Part shown: one piece after another, positions 23,959-36,066 of the stretch
Position numbering within the stretch: position 1 is the first letter of the stretch
Layout: every line of letters begins with the position of its first letter
DNA from: Anthoceros angustus
Taxonomy: Eukaryota; Plantae; Anthocerotophyta
DNA: 64,000 nt
Direction: 5' to 3'
Assembly: GCA_010909165.1 (NCBI GenBank)
Contig: MU008178.1
Location: 260,369 to 324,368 of the forward strand
Notes under the pieces: model-generated
Database searches by the model: none
Seen by the model: the letters and a program-made list of their open reading frames with translations, nothing else
Told to the model about the DNA's origin: nothing
Position numbers and translations under genes: made by a program

Positions 23959-24645
23959 AGATCGCAAAGGGTATCACTCCACTCACCTTCACTATCTCAG
24001 GTCGAGAACGAGGAAGGTTGTAAGCAACCAACACACATAAATGGAAAGCCTGCACAGAAACAACTTATCATACAACTAGGTAGAGCCCGTATAATGTGAT
24101 GACAAAAGGGCACAATCACCTTGAAAGGGTCTCCTCTCAATGTCTGCATTTAAAGGGAATTTTTCATACCACGACCTTACAACATAGCACATGCCTGCGT
24201 TAGATTGTTGCAAACTACCTAGTTGTATGATAGTATCATACAACTAGGTAGAGCCCGTATAATGTGATGACAAATGGGCACAATCACCTTAAAAGGGTCT
24301 CCTCTCAATGACCGCACGTAAAGGGAATTTTTCATACCACGACCTTGCAACATAGCGCATGCCTGCGTTAGATTGTTGCAAACTACATATGCTTTGTTGA
24401 CCTGGTAAATCCACCATCAAAGTAACATACCTCCAACGCCACATCCCAAAGACGCCTCCCTGTGTGTGCACAAAGAAATCGTCGACATTCTCCTCACAAC
24501 TTCATGTGATTATGTAATGCCTTCCATTCATATAGTAAGAGCGTAATGATCGCTACTGGGAGCCATGTCAAACATCATATGCAATATGCCATCCACAAAA
24601 GATGTTGCCGACGTGCAACCAATCAAATTTCGGATGATACGTTTA
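23959..24645 (-). pseudogene. Inverted copy of DHU1-like 3' exons with an internal ~170-bp duplication
   Basis: Reverse complement matches 22123-22690 (QHL..DG.LHMMFD, ITGSCEEN, GRG.KNSL, AFH.CVLVAYNLP). 24065-24218 is repeated at 24234-24390. Confidence 0.9.
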
Positions 24646-25715
24646 GATTTCTTCGCACATCTTCTCTCCAACCACCTCATCCGCAAGGACCTCAAATTAA
24701 GATACCTTCGTCTCACTTGGTCCCCATTTCAAAAGGAGGAGTTTTGTGTCAATCCTCCTTTTGGTTTCTAAACTTGTGCCCGCTATCAACTTAGTTCTCT
24801 TCTTTCCTTCAAACTCCGTAAACTCAATTTAGTTAATTGTTAGCTCGCATCACCTCGGGATTGAGACGATGCATGAAAGGCGTTCTTAGGCGGCGATTCG
24901 TGTACGAGGCTAGGGCTCTCTCTACCAAGATGGCTGTTAATCGATATTAGCTAGATAGTTCTATAATGAGGGAGAAAGATTTAGGCAAATGTTTACGATG
25001 TGAGACGATTCCTATCACGGAGTCTTTTTAGATAGACTTGACCATCCGGCTATAATCTATCGGGTTGGATAATCGAAATGAGCAACTTTTGTGTCTAGTT
25101 TGTCGTTTGCAAATAGGTTACAACTTTTCACATCCCGTGAAAGATGGCTTGATTACGATCGTGGTGCAAGTATGCGCGGACATGGTCATAGATACCACCA
25201 AACCTAATTGAAGAGATCACAAGATCTCAACGCAAATGGAGATCAATGTCATGAGTTTTCACCTTCGACCGCCGCCTTTGCCTCAGCTCGAGTGGATCAT
25301 GCTACCGCTAATTGTATTTTTGATCCAACTTTGGAACTCCACAATAGAGAACCTTGGGAAAGATGATTAATCAGAACAAAGGTGCCGGAACAATTTGGGG
25401 TACATCAATATAGTTAGTTGTGATGGACTTGGATCATGTGATTGATAACCCTCATCCAATGATTTTTTTTGTGTTTTAATATTATTTTAACATTATCGCT
25501 CCCAATTCCAAACCCAATCGCCAAAGAAAAAAGAAGATGGTCTTTTATGCCTGAAACATATTGTACTCAATATTTAATTAAATATTAAATATATTTATTA
25601 TCGAGAGTTTGGAATGGAGAAGGCTATATATATGTAGACTTGGGTCTTAAGTCCTCATCCTTTTCGGTCAGGATAAGGTATATGATTATTTGTGATAGAA
25701 AATAGAATTGTCACC

Positions 25716-27627
25716 ATGTTTGTTTGGTTACTTGTATGCTTGTTTAATGTGTCCATATTGTATCACAATGGAGTTGTGATGGCAAACATATTGAGTCTAC
25801 CCCTTGGATGATGCCAACTTCCTCTTAACCAATTTTCAAAGGCCATTCCTCGAATCGCATAATGTATTCCACTTGTTCTACTTTATATTTGTTTGATCCA
25901 ATAGTCTGCTCATCAATGTGCATGTGATTATACAAACGATATTTCTTTTGTTTTCAATGGAGTGATTATGCATGTGACGAACGATAATTCTTTGGTGAGT
26001 GTCCTGCACTTTCGGATGGTACAATCGTAGATTGCGTGAAGATAGAAGATCAATTAACGTTACAACATCCACTTTTGAAGGACATGTTATACAAGTATGT
26101 ATTTATATTCAAGTTACAAGTCATTCTTGTAATCAACAATATCTAGAACATTCAAGTATGGATATTAATATAGTTTTGTTTTGCGAAACCACCGGTTTCA
26201 CTAAGACATAATTATGTGGAGTCCACGAATGTCAAACGTGTAATCCAAATTTATGAACAAGAAGTGGGTTCATGTCCAAAAGGTACCATTCCAATTCAAA
26301 GGTTCACTTACGAGCAAATGAATAGAAGTATAGAAGTGAAGAGGAGAGTCGACATAAGTCGCGAGGTGAAGAGGAGAGTCGACAATGGACGGAGGTCTCT
26401 CCTCATGTTGAAGATGATGGCTTTTTATTTTGAGGTATACTATTCATGGTCCACATTCCATTTTGTTTACACTTAAGGGTATTTGCACGATACTAATGAG
26501 GATAAATTTGCACGGTGATACTAAATATGAATTGACTCGTATGTTTATGTGAGATACAGGCCGTATACTGTACAACAACAAGACTACTTTTATGGAGTGC
26601 GGTGATTAGCATTTGGGATCCGGGAGAGAGAGGTCCAAATGATTTCTCAAGCTCATATATTCGTCTTGAAAGCCGTGGAGACTATGGCGAATATAATGGT
26701 GTTGATATTGGATGGCATGTAAGTCAAAAGGGTATAGTATTTGTTTGTTTTTATAAGCGCAAATGATACATGTACTTATTTTTCTCGCTTGTTGCAATTG
26801 CAGAAATTTCCATTTTGTATTCAAATGACCCTCTACCTCGTTTGTACATTGGATATAAGGTTAGTTCATACACTCATGTGCGTTCCTATATTTAATTATA
26901 TTATTTTGAAAATCAGTTGGGTTCCAAACAACAATCCTTTCATCTTATGTGCGTCCATGTACAACGGGTGTTTTAACTTGTTTTGCGGTTTGTGCAAACT
27001 AATCCGCATTTGTGTTCGTGGTGCTTTCCTCACGATTATGAGGGGACAACTATAAATGCTCGGATAAGCAAAGTAAGTATAACAATCTTTTATCAACAAT
27101 TAGACAACAAAATGGACTTATTGACTCTCCATACTCATTCTTAGTTTGGACAATGTGATCCAGGATTCAAACACGGCTGATTTATGGTTGTTTATTAATG
27201 GACAAGCGGTTGGTTATCGACATCAATATTTGATGGCTTTCTTTCTCTTGAACTATTTAATCACCGGAATGGGAGGCAACCTTGGTATGACAAGTAAATA
27301 TTCGCAAGTCATGTTGGGAAATGGGAGACTAGGGACGATGCTCATGGTCCAAAGAGAGACAGGAGTGTACCGCCTATCAAAAACGGCTTGATGTATTTGA
27401 TGAAGGATGACAAGAATAACATGCGATTCCAAATTTCCTTGATAGAATAGTAATCCATTCAACTTATGAAGACAATTGGAATGGAAAATCATTCTATGTT
27501 CCAGTAGAACAATATTCTTCCGGTATCCGGTTTTTTGGTGGGCGAGTGGTTCGGATACCTTAGTCTCAAATCTTCCTCTTATGAAGCTAGTGAAGATACG
27601 GATGCATTTATGGAAGAAGTGCTATGA
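25716..27627 (+). CDS. Neprosin-like gene copy 1 (signal peptide + activation peptide + neprosin domain); frame broken as assembled
   Basis: MFVWLLVCLFNVSILY; SDGTIVDCVKIEDQLTLQHPLFEGHVIQ; CPKGTIPIQR; AVISIWDPVV..SQAHI..NGVDIGWH; PRLYIGY; GCFNLFC.GFVQTN; VGYWP; WGGN. Indels may be assembly errors. Confidence 0.75.
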
Positions 27628-28205
27628 GAGAAACCCTTGAACCTTTGTCTATCTTTTATATTGTAGCAATGTCTTTTAAAATTTTTCGTTAACGCAGAAC
27701 CGATATAGGATCGGGGATTGTGATTCTAACGTCAGAACAATCCTTGTCCACATGTCATCCAGCAAATTTCTGATTTTGAAGAAACTCCTCTATACCCCAC
27801 CGGCTTAGCCCACGAAGGCCCAATGCGCGTTGGAGCCACCAAGTGGTAAGACAAACAATCCACACAACGCCTCCGCATTAAATCGACGGACTTCAACACC
27901 TAGTTGGTCCAAGTCACTCCCACGCAATTTATGGGAAAGCGGTGTTAAGGATAGTTTTGAATGTCTAACAACAACCCATCACAAACCTCCCCACCAGAAC
28001 CCTTGCAGCAGATTTCAAGAGACTCCGGGGAAAATGAGTGTGATGCACCGAGTTATGTCAACAGCATGGGGCTTGACAGATAATCAATCACGTTCTTGAA
28101 TGTCAAGGCGGACGGGAGGGACCAAAGAACTAAGGATGGACTATTTCACAAAGTTCAAAAAGCGTTGAAGTAAATATGGCGAAATAAACTTGGGCTCCAA
28201 ATGAA

Positions 28206-28868
28206 TCAAGGTCCCATGCTCGCAAGAGATGTATCTGGTTACCTTGGCCACCCTTTGTGCCCTTCACTAGATAGAAGGTTGACCTAAAGCAATTCTAGTC
28301 AAATTGTTTAGTCACAAGCACGACGCAGAGGAGTGGACCAGCGAGCAGATCGCAAAGGGTATCGGCCACTCACCTTCACTATCTCGGTCGAGAATGAGGA
28401 AGGTTGTAGGCAACCAACACACGAAATGGAAAGCTCGCATAAAAAGCGACTTATCATACAACTAGGTAGAGCCCGTATAATGTGATGACAAATGGGCACA
28501 ATCACCTTAAAAGGGTCTCCTCTCAATGACCGCACGTAAAGGGAATTTTTCATACCACGACCTTGCAACATAGCACATGCATAAGTTAGATTGTTGCAAA
28601 CTACATATGCTTTGTTGACTGGTAAATCCACCATCAAAGTAACATACCTCCAACGCCACATCCCAAAGACGCCTCCTGTGTGCATGTAAAAATACGTCGA
28701 CATTCTCCTCACAACTTCATGTGATTATGTAATGCCTTCCATTCATATAGTAAGAGCGTGTAATTATCGCTACGTGGGAGCCATGTCAAACATCATATGC
28801 AATATGCCATCCACAAAGCAGATGTTGCCGTCGCGTGCAACCAATCAAATTCGGATGATATGTTTAGA
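28206..28868 (-). pseudogene. Antisense DHU1-like 3' fragment, unit 1
   Basis: Reverse complement matches 22123-22821. Confidence 0.85.
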
Positions 28869-29936
28869 TTTCTTAGCATCTTCTCTCCAACCACCTCATC
28901 AAGGACCTCAAATTAAGATACCTTCGTCTCACTTGGTCCCCATTTCAAAAGGAGGAGTTTTGTGTCAATCCTCCTTTTGGTTTCTCGCCCAGCCCGCTAT
29001 CAACTTAGTTCTCTTCTTTCCTTCAAACTCCGTAAACTCAATTTAGTTAATTGTTAGCTCGCATCACCTCGTGATTGAGGCGGATGCGGCATGAAAGGCG
29101 TTCTTAGGCAGCCTGATTCGTGTACGAGGCGGCTAGGGCCTGTCTCTTACCAAGATGGTCATAATCGGATATTAGCTAGATAGTTCTATAATGAGGAGAA
29201 AGATTTAGGCAAATGTTTGCGATGTGAGACGATTCCTATCACGAGTCTTTTAGATAGACTTGACCGATCCGCTATAATCTATCGAGGTTGGATAATCGAA
29301 ATGAGCAACTTTTGTGTCTAGTTTGTCGTTTTGCAAATAGGTTACAACTTTTCACATCCCGTGAAAGATGGCTTGATTACGATCGTGGTGCAAGTATGCA
29401 AGGCAGACATGGTCATAGATACCACCAAACCTAATTGAAGAGATCACAAGATCTCAACGCAAATGGAGATCAATGTCATGAGTTTTCACCTTCGTCATCG
29501 ACTTTGCCTCCGGTTGAGTGGATCATGCTACCGCTAATTGTATTTTTGATCCAACTTTGGAACTCCCAATAGAGAACCTTGGGAAAGATGATTAATCAGA
29601 ACAAAGGTGCGGAACAATTTGGGGTACATCAATATAGTTAGTTGTGATGGACTTGGATCATGTGATTGATAACCCTCATCCAATGATTTTTTTGTGTTTT
29701 AATATTATTTTAACATTATCGCTCCCAATTCCAAACCCACGGCCAAAGAAAAAAGAAGATGGTCTTTTATGCAAACATATTGTACTCAATATTTAATTAA
29801 ATATTAAATATATTTATTATCGAGAGTTTGGAATGGAGAAGGCTATATATATGTAGACTTGGTCTTAAGTCCTCATCCTTTTCCAGTCTTGGGATAAGGT
29901 ATATGATTATTTGTGATAGAAAATAGAATTGTCACC

Positions 29937-31861
29937 ATGTTTGTTTGGTTACTTGTATGCTTGTTTAATGTGTCCATATTGTATCACAATGGAGTTGTGA
30001 TGGCAAACATATTGAGTCTACCCCTTGGATGATGCCAACTTCCTCTTAACCAATTTTCAAAGGCCATTCCTCGAATCGCATAATGTATTCCACTTGTTCT
30101 ACTTTATATTTGTTTGATCCAATAGTCTGCTCATCAATGTGCATGTGATTATACAAACGATATTTCTTTTGTTTTCAATGGAGTGATTATGCATGTGGAC
30201 GAACGATAATTCTTTGGTGAGTGTCCTGCGACTTTCGGATGGTACAATCAGATTGCGTGAAGATAGAAGATCAATTAACGTTACAACATCCACTTTTTGA
30301 AGGACATGTTATACAAGTATGTATTTATATTCAAGTTACAAGTCATTCTTGTAATCAACAATATCTAGAACATTCAAGTATGGATATTAATATAGTTTTG
30401 TTTTGCGAAACCACCGTTTCACTAAGACATAATTATGTGGAGTCCACGAATGTCAAGCGTGCAATCCAAATTTATGAACAAGAAGTGGGTTCATGTCCAA
30501 AAGGTACCATTCCAATTCAAAGGTTCACTTACGAGCAAATGAATAGAAGTATAGAAGTGAAGAGGAGAGTCGACATAAGTCGCGAGGTGAAGAGGAGAGT
30601 CGACAATGGACGGAGGTCTCTCCTCATGTTGAAGATGATGGCTTTTTATTTGAGGTATACTATTCATGGTCCACATTCCATTTTGTTTACACTTAAGGGT
30701 ATTTGCACCGATACTAATGAGGATAAATTTGCACGGTGATACTAAATATGAATTGACTCGTATGTTTATGTGAGATACAGGCCGTATACTCTACAACAAC
30801 AAGACTACTTTTATGGAGTGGTGCGGTGATTAGCATTTGGGATCCAGTTGTGAGAGAGGTCCAAATGATTTCTCAAGCTCATATATTCGTCTTGAAAGCC
30901 GGGGAGACTATGGCGAATATAATGGTGTTGATATTGGATGGCATGTAAGTCAAAAGGGTATAGTATTTGTTTGTTTTTATAAGCGCAAATGATACATGTA
31001 CTTATTTTTCTCGCTTGTTGCAATTGCAGAAATTTCCATTTTGTATTCAAATGACCCTCTACCTCGTTTGTACATTGGATATAAGGTTAGTTCATACACT
31101 CATGTGCGTTCCTATATTTAATTATATTATTTTGAAAATCAGTTGGGTTCCAAACAACAATCCTTTCATCTTATGTGCGTCCATGTACAACGGTGTTTTA
31201 ACTTGTTTTTGCTGGGTTTGTGCAAACTAATCCGCATTTGTGTTCGGTGGTGCTTTCCTCATCGATTATGAGGGACAACTATAAATGCTCGGATAAGCAA
31301 AGTAAGTATAACAATCTTTTATCAACAATTAGACAACAAAATGGACTTATTGACTCTCCATACTCATTCTTAGTTTGGACAATGTGATCCAGATTCAAAC
31401 ACGGCTGATTTATGGTTGTTTATTAATGGACAAGCGGTTGGTTATTGGCCGACATCAATATTTGATGGCTTTCTTTCTCTTGAACTATTTAATCACCGGA
31501 ATGGGAGGCAACCTTGGTATGACAAGTAAATATTCAAGTCATGTTAGGAAAATGGGAGACTAGGGATGATGCTCATGGTCCAAAGACAGTTGGTGATGGA
31601 GTGTACCGCCTATCAAAACGGCTTGATGTATTTGATGAAGGATGACAAGAATAACATCTGATTCCAAATTTCCTTGATAGAATAGTAATCCATTCAACTT
31701 ATGAAGACAATTGGAATGGAAAATCATTCTATGTTCACCGTAACAATATTCTTCCGTATCCGGTTTTTTTGGTGGGCGAGTGGTTCGGATACCTTAGTCT
31801 CAAATCTTCCTCTTATGAAGCTAGTGAAGATACGGATGCATTTATGGAAGAAGTGCTATGA
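29937..31861 (+). CDS. Neprosin-like gene copy 2
   Basis: Same exon motifs as copy 1; indels at hotspots. Confidence 0.75.
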
Positions 31862-32431
31862 GAGAGAAACCCTTGAACCTTTGTCTATCTTTTATATTGT
31901 AGCAATGTCTTTTAAAATTTTTCGTTAACGCAGAACCGATATAGGATCGGGATTGTGATTCTAACGTCGTAACAATCCTTGTCCACATGTCATCCAGCAA
32001 ATTTCTGATTTTGAAGAAACTCCTCTATACCCCACCGCTTAGCCCACGCAAGGCCCAATGCGTGCGTTGGAGCCCAGTATGGTAAGACAAACAATCCACA
32101 CAACGCATTCGCATTAAATCCGAGCGGACTTCAACACCTAGTTGGTCCAAGTCACTCCCACGCAATTTATGGGAAGCGGTGTTAAGGATAGTTTTGAATG
32201 TCTAACAACAACCCATCACAAACCTCCCACCCGAACCCTTGCGCAGATTTCAAGAGACTCAGGAAAATGAGTGTGATGCAGAGTTATGTCAACGCATGGG
32301 CTTGACAGAATCAATCACGTTCTTGAATGTCAAGGCGGACTGAGGGACCAAAGAACTAAGGATGGACTATTTCACAAAGTTCAAAAAGCGTTGAAGTAAA
32401 TATGGCGAAATAAACTTGGGCTCCAAATGAA

Positions 32432-33075
32432 TCAAGGTCCCCATGCTCGCAAGAGATGTCTATGATTGCTTGGCCACCCTTTGTGCCCTTCACTAGATAG
32501 AAGGTTGACCTAAAGCAATTCTAGTCAAATTGTTTAGTCACAAGACGCAGTGGACCAGCGATGGAGATCGCAAAGGGTATCGGGCCACTCACCTTCACTA
32601 TCTCGGTCGAGAATGAGGAAGGTTGTAGGCAACCAACACAGAAATGGAAAGCTGCAAAAAGCGACTTATCATACAACTAGGTAGAGCCGTATAATGTGAT
32701 GACAAATGGGCACAATCACCTTAAAAGGGTCTCCTCTCAATGACCGCACGTAAAGGGAATTTTTCATACCACGACCTTGCAACATAGCACATGCCTGCGT
32801 TAGATTGTTGCAAACTACATATCTTTGTTGACTGGTAAATCCACCATCAAAGTAACATACCTCAACGCCACATCCCAAAGACGCCTCCTGTGTGCACAGT
32901 AAAATACGTCGACATTCTCCTCACAACTTCATGTGATTATGTAATGCCTTCCATTCATATAGTAAGGCGTGTGTAATTGATCGTACGGGAGCCATGTCAA
33001 ACATCATATGCAATATGCCATCCATAAACAGATGTTGCCGCACGTGCAACCAATCAAATTCGGATGATACGTTTA
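32432..33075 (-). pseudogene. Antisense DHU1-like 3' fragment, unit 2
   Basis: Reverse complement matches the DHU1 3' end. Confidence 0.85.
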
Positions 33076-34146
33076 GATTTCTTCGCACATCTTCTCTCCA
33101 ACCACCTCATCCGCAAGGACCTCAAATTAAGATACCTTCGTCTCACTTGGTCCCCATTTCAAAAGGAGGAGTTTTGTGTCAATCCTCCTTTTGGTTTCTC
33201 ACCAGTGCCCTATCAACTTAGTTCTCTTCTTTCCTTCAAACTCAGAACTCAATTTAGTTAATTGTTAGCTCGCATCACCTCGGGATTGAGGCGGGTGCGG
33301 CATGAAAGGCGTTCTTAGACGACGATTCGGTGTCGAGGCGGCTAGGGCTCATCTCTTACCAAGATGGTGTTAATCGGCGATATTAGCTAGATAGTTCTAT
33401 AATGAGGAGAAAGATTTAGGCAAATGTTTCGATGTGAGGCGATTCCTATCACGAGTCTTTTAGATAGACTTGACCATCCGGCTATAATCTATCGGGTTGG
33501 ATAATCGAAATGAGCAACTTTTGTGTCTAGTTTGTCGTTTTGCAAATAGGTTACAACTTTTCACATCCCGTGAAAGATGGCTTGATTACGTGGTGCAAGT
33601 ATGCGCAGTATGGTCATAGATACCACCAAACCTAATTGAAGAGATCACAAGATCTCAACGCAAATGGAGATCAATGTCATGAGTTTTCACCTTCGTCTTG
33701 TGACTTTGCCTCCGGTTTGAGTGGATCATGCTACCGCTAATTGTATTTTTGATCCAACTTTGGAACTCCACAATAGAGAACCTTGGGAAAGATGATTAAC
33801 TGTAACAAAGGTGCGGAACAATTTGGGGTACATCAATATAGTTAGTTGTGATGGACTTGGATCATGTGATTGATAACCCTCATCCAATGATTTTTTTTGT
33901 GTTTTAATATTATTTTAACATTATCGCTCCCAATTCCAAACCCAATTCGCCAAAGAAAAAAGAAGATGGTCTTTTATGCCTGAAACATATTGTACTCAAT
34001 ATTTAATTAAATATTAAATATATTTATTATCGAGAGTTTGGAATGGAGAAGGCTATATATATGTAGACTTGCGGTCTTAAGTCCTCATCCTTTTCGGCTG
34101 GGGATAAGGTATATGATTATTTGTGATAGAAAATAGAATTGTCACC

Positions 34147-36066
34147 ATGTTTGTTTGGTTACTTGTATGCTTGTTTAATGTGTCCATATTGTATCACAAT
34201 GGAGTTGTGATGGCAAACATATTGGAGTCTACCCCTTGGATGATGCCAACTTCCTCTTAACCAATTTTCAAAGGCCATTCCTCGAATCGCATAATGTATT
34301 CCACTTGTTCTACTTTATATTTGTTTGATCCAATAGTACATTCATCAATGTGCATGTGATTATACAAACGATATTTCTTTTGTTTTCAATGGAGTGATTA
34401 TGCATGTGGACGAACGATAATTCTTTGGTGAGTGTCCTGCGACTTTCGGATGGTACAATCGTAGATTGCGTGAAGATAGAAGATCAATTAACGTTACAAC
34501 ATCCACTTTTGAAGGACATGTTATACAAGTATGTATTTATATTCAAGTTACAAGTCATTCTTGTAATCAACAATATCTAGAACATTCAAGTATGGATATT
34601 AATATAGTTTTGTTTTGCGAAACCACCGGTTTCACTAAGACATAATTATGTGGAGTCCACGAATGTCAAACGTGCAATCCAAATTTATGAACAAGAAGTG
34701 GGTTCATGTCCAAAAGGTACCATTCCAATTCAAAGGTTCACTTACGAGCAAATGAATAGAAGTATAGAAGTGAAGAGGAGAGTCGACATAAGTCGCGAGG
34801 TGAAGAGGAGAGTCGACAATGGACGGAGGTCTCTCCTCATGTTGAAGATGATGGCTTTTATTTTGAGGTATACTATTCATGGTCCACATTCCATTTTGTT
34901 TACACTTAAGGGTATTTGCACCGATACTAATGAGGATAAATTTGCAGTGATACTAAATATGAATTGACTCGTATGTTTATGTGAGATACAGGCCGTATAC
35001 TCTACAACAACAAGACTACTTTTATGGGTAGTGTGATTAGCATTTGGGATCAGTTGAGAGAGGTCCAAATGATTTCTCAAGCTCATATATTCGTCTTGAA
35101 AGCTGTGGAGACTATGGCGAATATAATGGTGTTGATATTGGATGGCATGTAAGTCAAAAGGGTATAGTATTTGTTTGTTTTTATAAGCGCAAATGATACA
35201 TGTACTTATTTTTCTCGCTTGTTGCAATTGCAGAAATTTCCATTTTGTATTCAAATGACCCTCTACCTCGTTTGTACATTGGATATAAGGTTAGTTCATA
35301 CACTCATGCGTTCCTATATTTAATTATATTATTTTGAAAATCAGTTGGGTTCCAAACAACAATCCTTTCATCTTATGTGCGTCCATGTACAACGGGTGTT
35401 TTAACTTGTTTTGCGCTGGGTTTGTGCAAACTAATCCGGCATTTGTGTTCGGTGGTGCTTTCCTCACGATTATGAGGGACAACTATAAATGCTCGATAAG
35501 CAAAGTAAGTATAACAATCTTTTATCAACAATTAGACAACAAAATGGACTTATTGACTCTCCATACTCATTCTTAGTTTGGACAATGTGATCCGGATTCA
35601 AACACGGCTGATTTATGGTTGTTTATTAATGGACAAGCGGTTGGTTATTGGCCGACATCAATATTTGATGGCTTTCTTTCTCTTGAACTATTTAATCACC
35701 GGAATGGGAGGCAACCTTGGTATGACAAGTAAATATTCGCAAGTCATGTTGGGAAATGGGAGACTAGGATGATGCTCATGGTCCAAGAGGTTGGTGACGT
35801 GGAGTGTACCGCCTATCAAAAGCGGCTGATGTATTTGATGAAGGATGACAAGAATAACATCGATTCCAAATTTCCTTGATAGAATAGTAATCCATTCAAC
35901 TTATGAAGACAATTGGAATGGAAAATCATTCTATGTTCACGTAAACAATATTCTTCACAGTATCCGGTTTTTTTTGGTGGGCGAGTGGTTCAGATACCTT
36001 AGTCTCAAATCTTCCTCTTATGAAGCTAGTGAAGATACGGATGCATTTATGGAAGAAGTGCTATGA
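34147..36066 (+). CDS. Neprosin-like gene copy 3
   Basis: Same exon motifs as copy 1. Confidence 0.75.

Noticed and set aside
24565-24771. EEFCVNPPF in the unit spacer as an N6-adenine methyltransferase NPPF motif
   Set aside because: The motif overlaps a DNA hairpin, the ORF is short and starts in inverted DHU1 intron, and no SAM-binding motif is present.
26606-26824. Recurrent minus-strand ORF MNTKWKFLQLQQARK.. and other repeated short ORFs in the array
   Set aside because: Antisense or off-frame readings across neprosin exon-intron sequence; they recur only because the unit is repeated.
24645-28868. Array unit as a Helitron with captured genes
   Set aside because: No conserved 5' TC / 3' hairpin-CTRR pair. 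The unit is contiguous with the parental DHU1-neprosin locus and has a single junction, so plain segmental amplification explains it.
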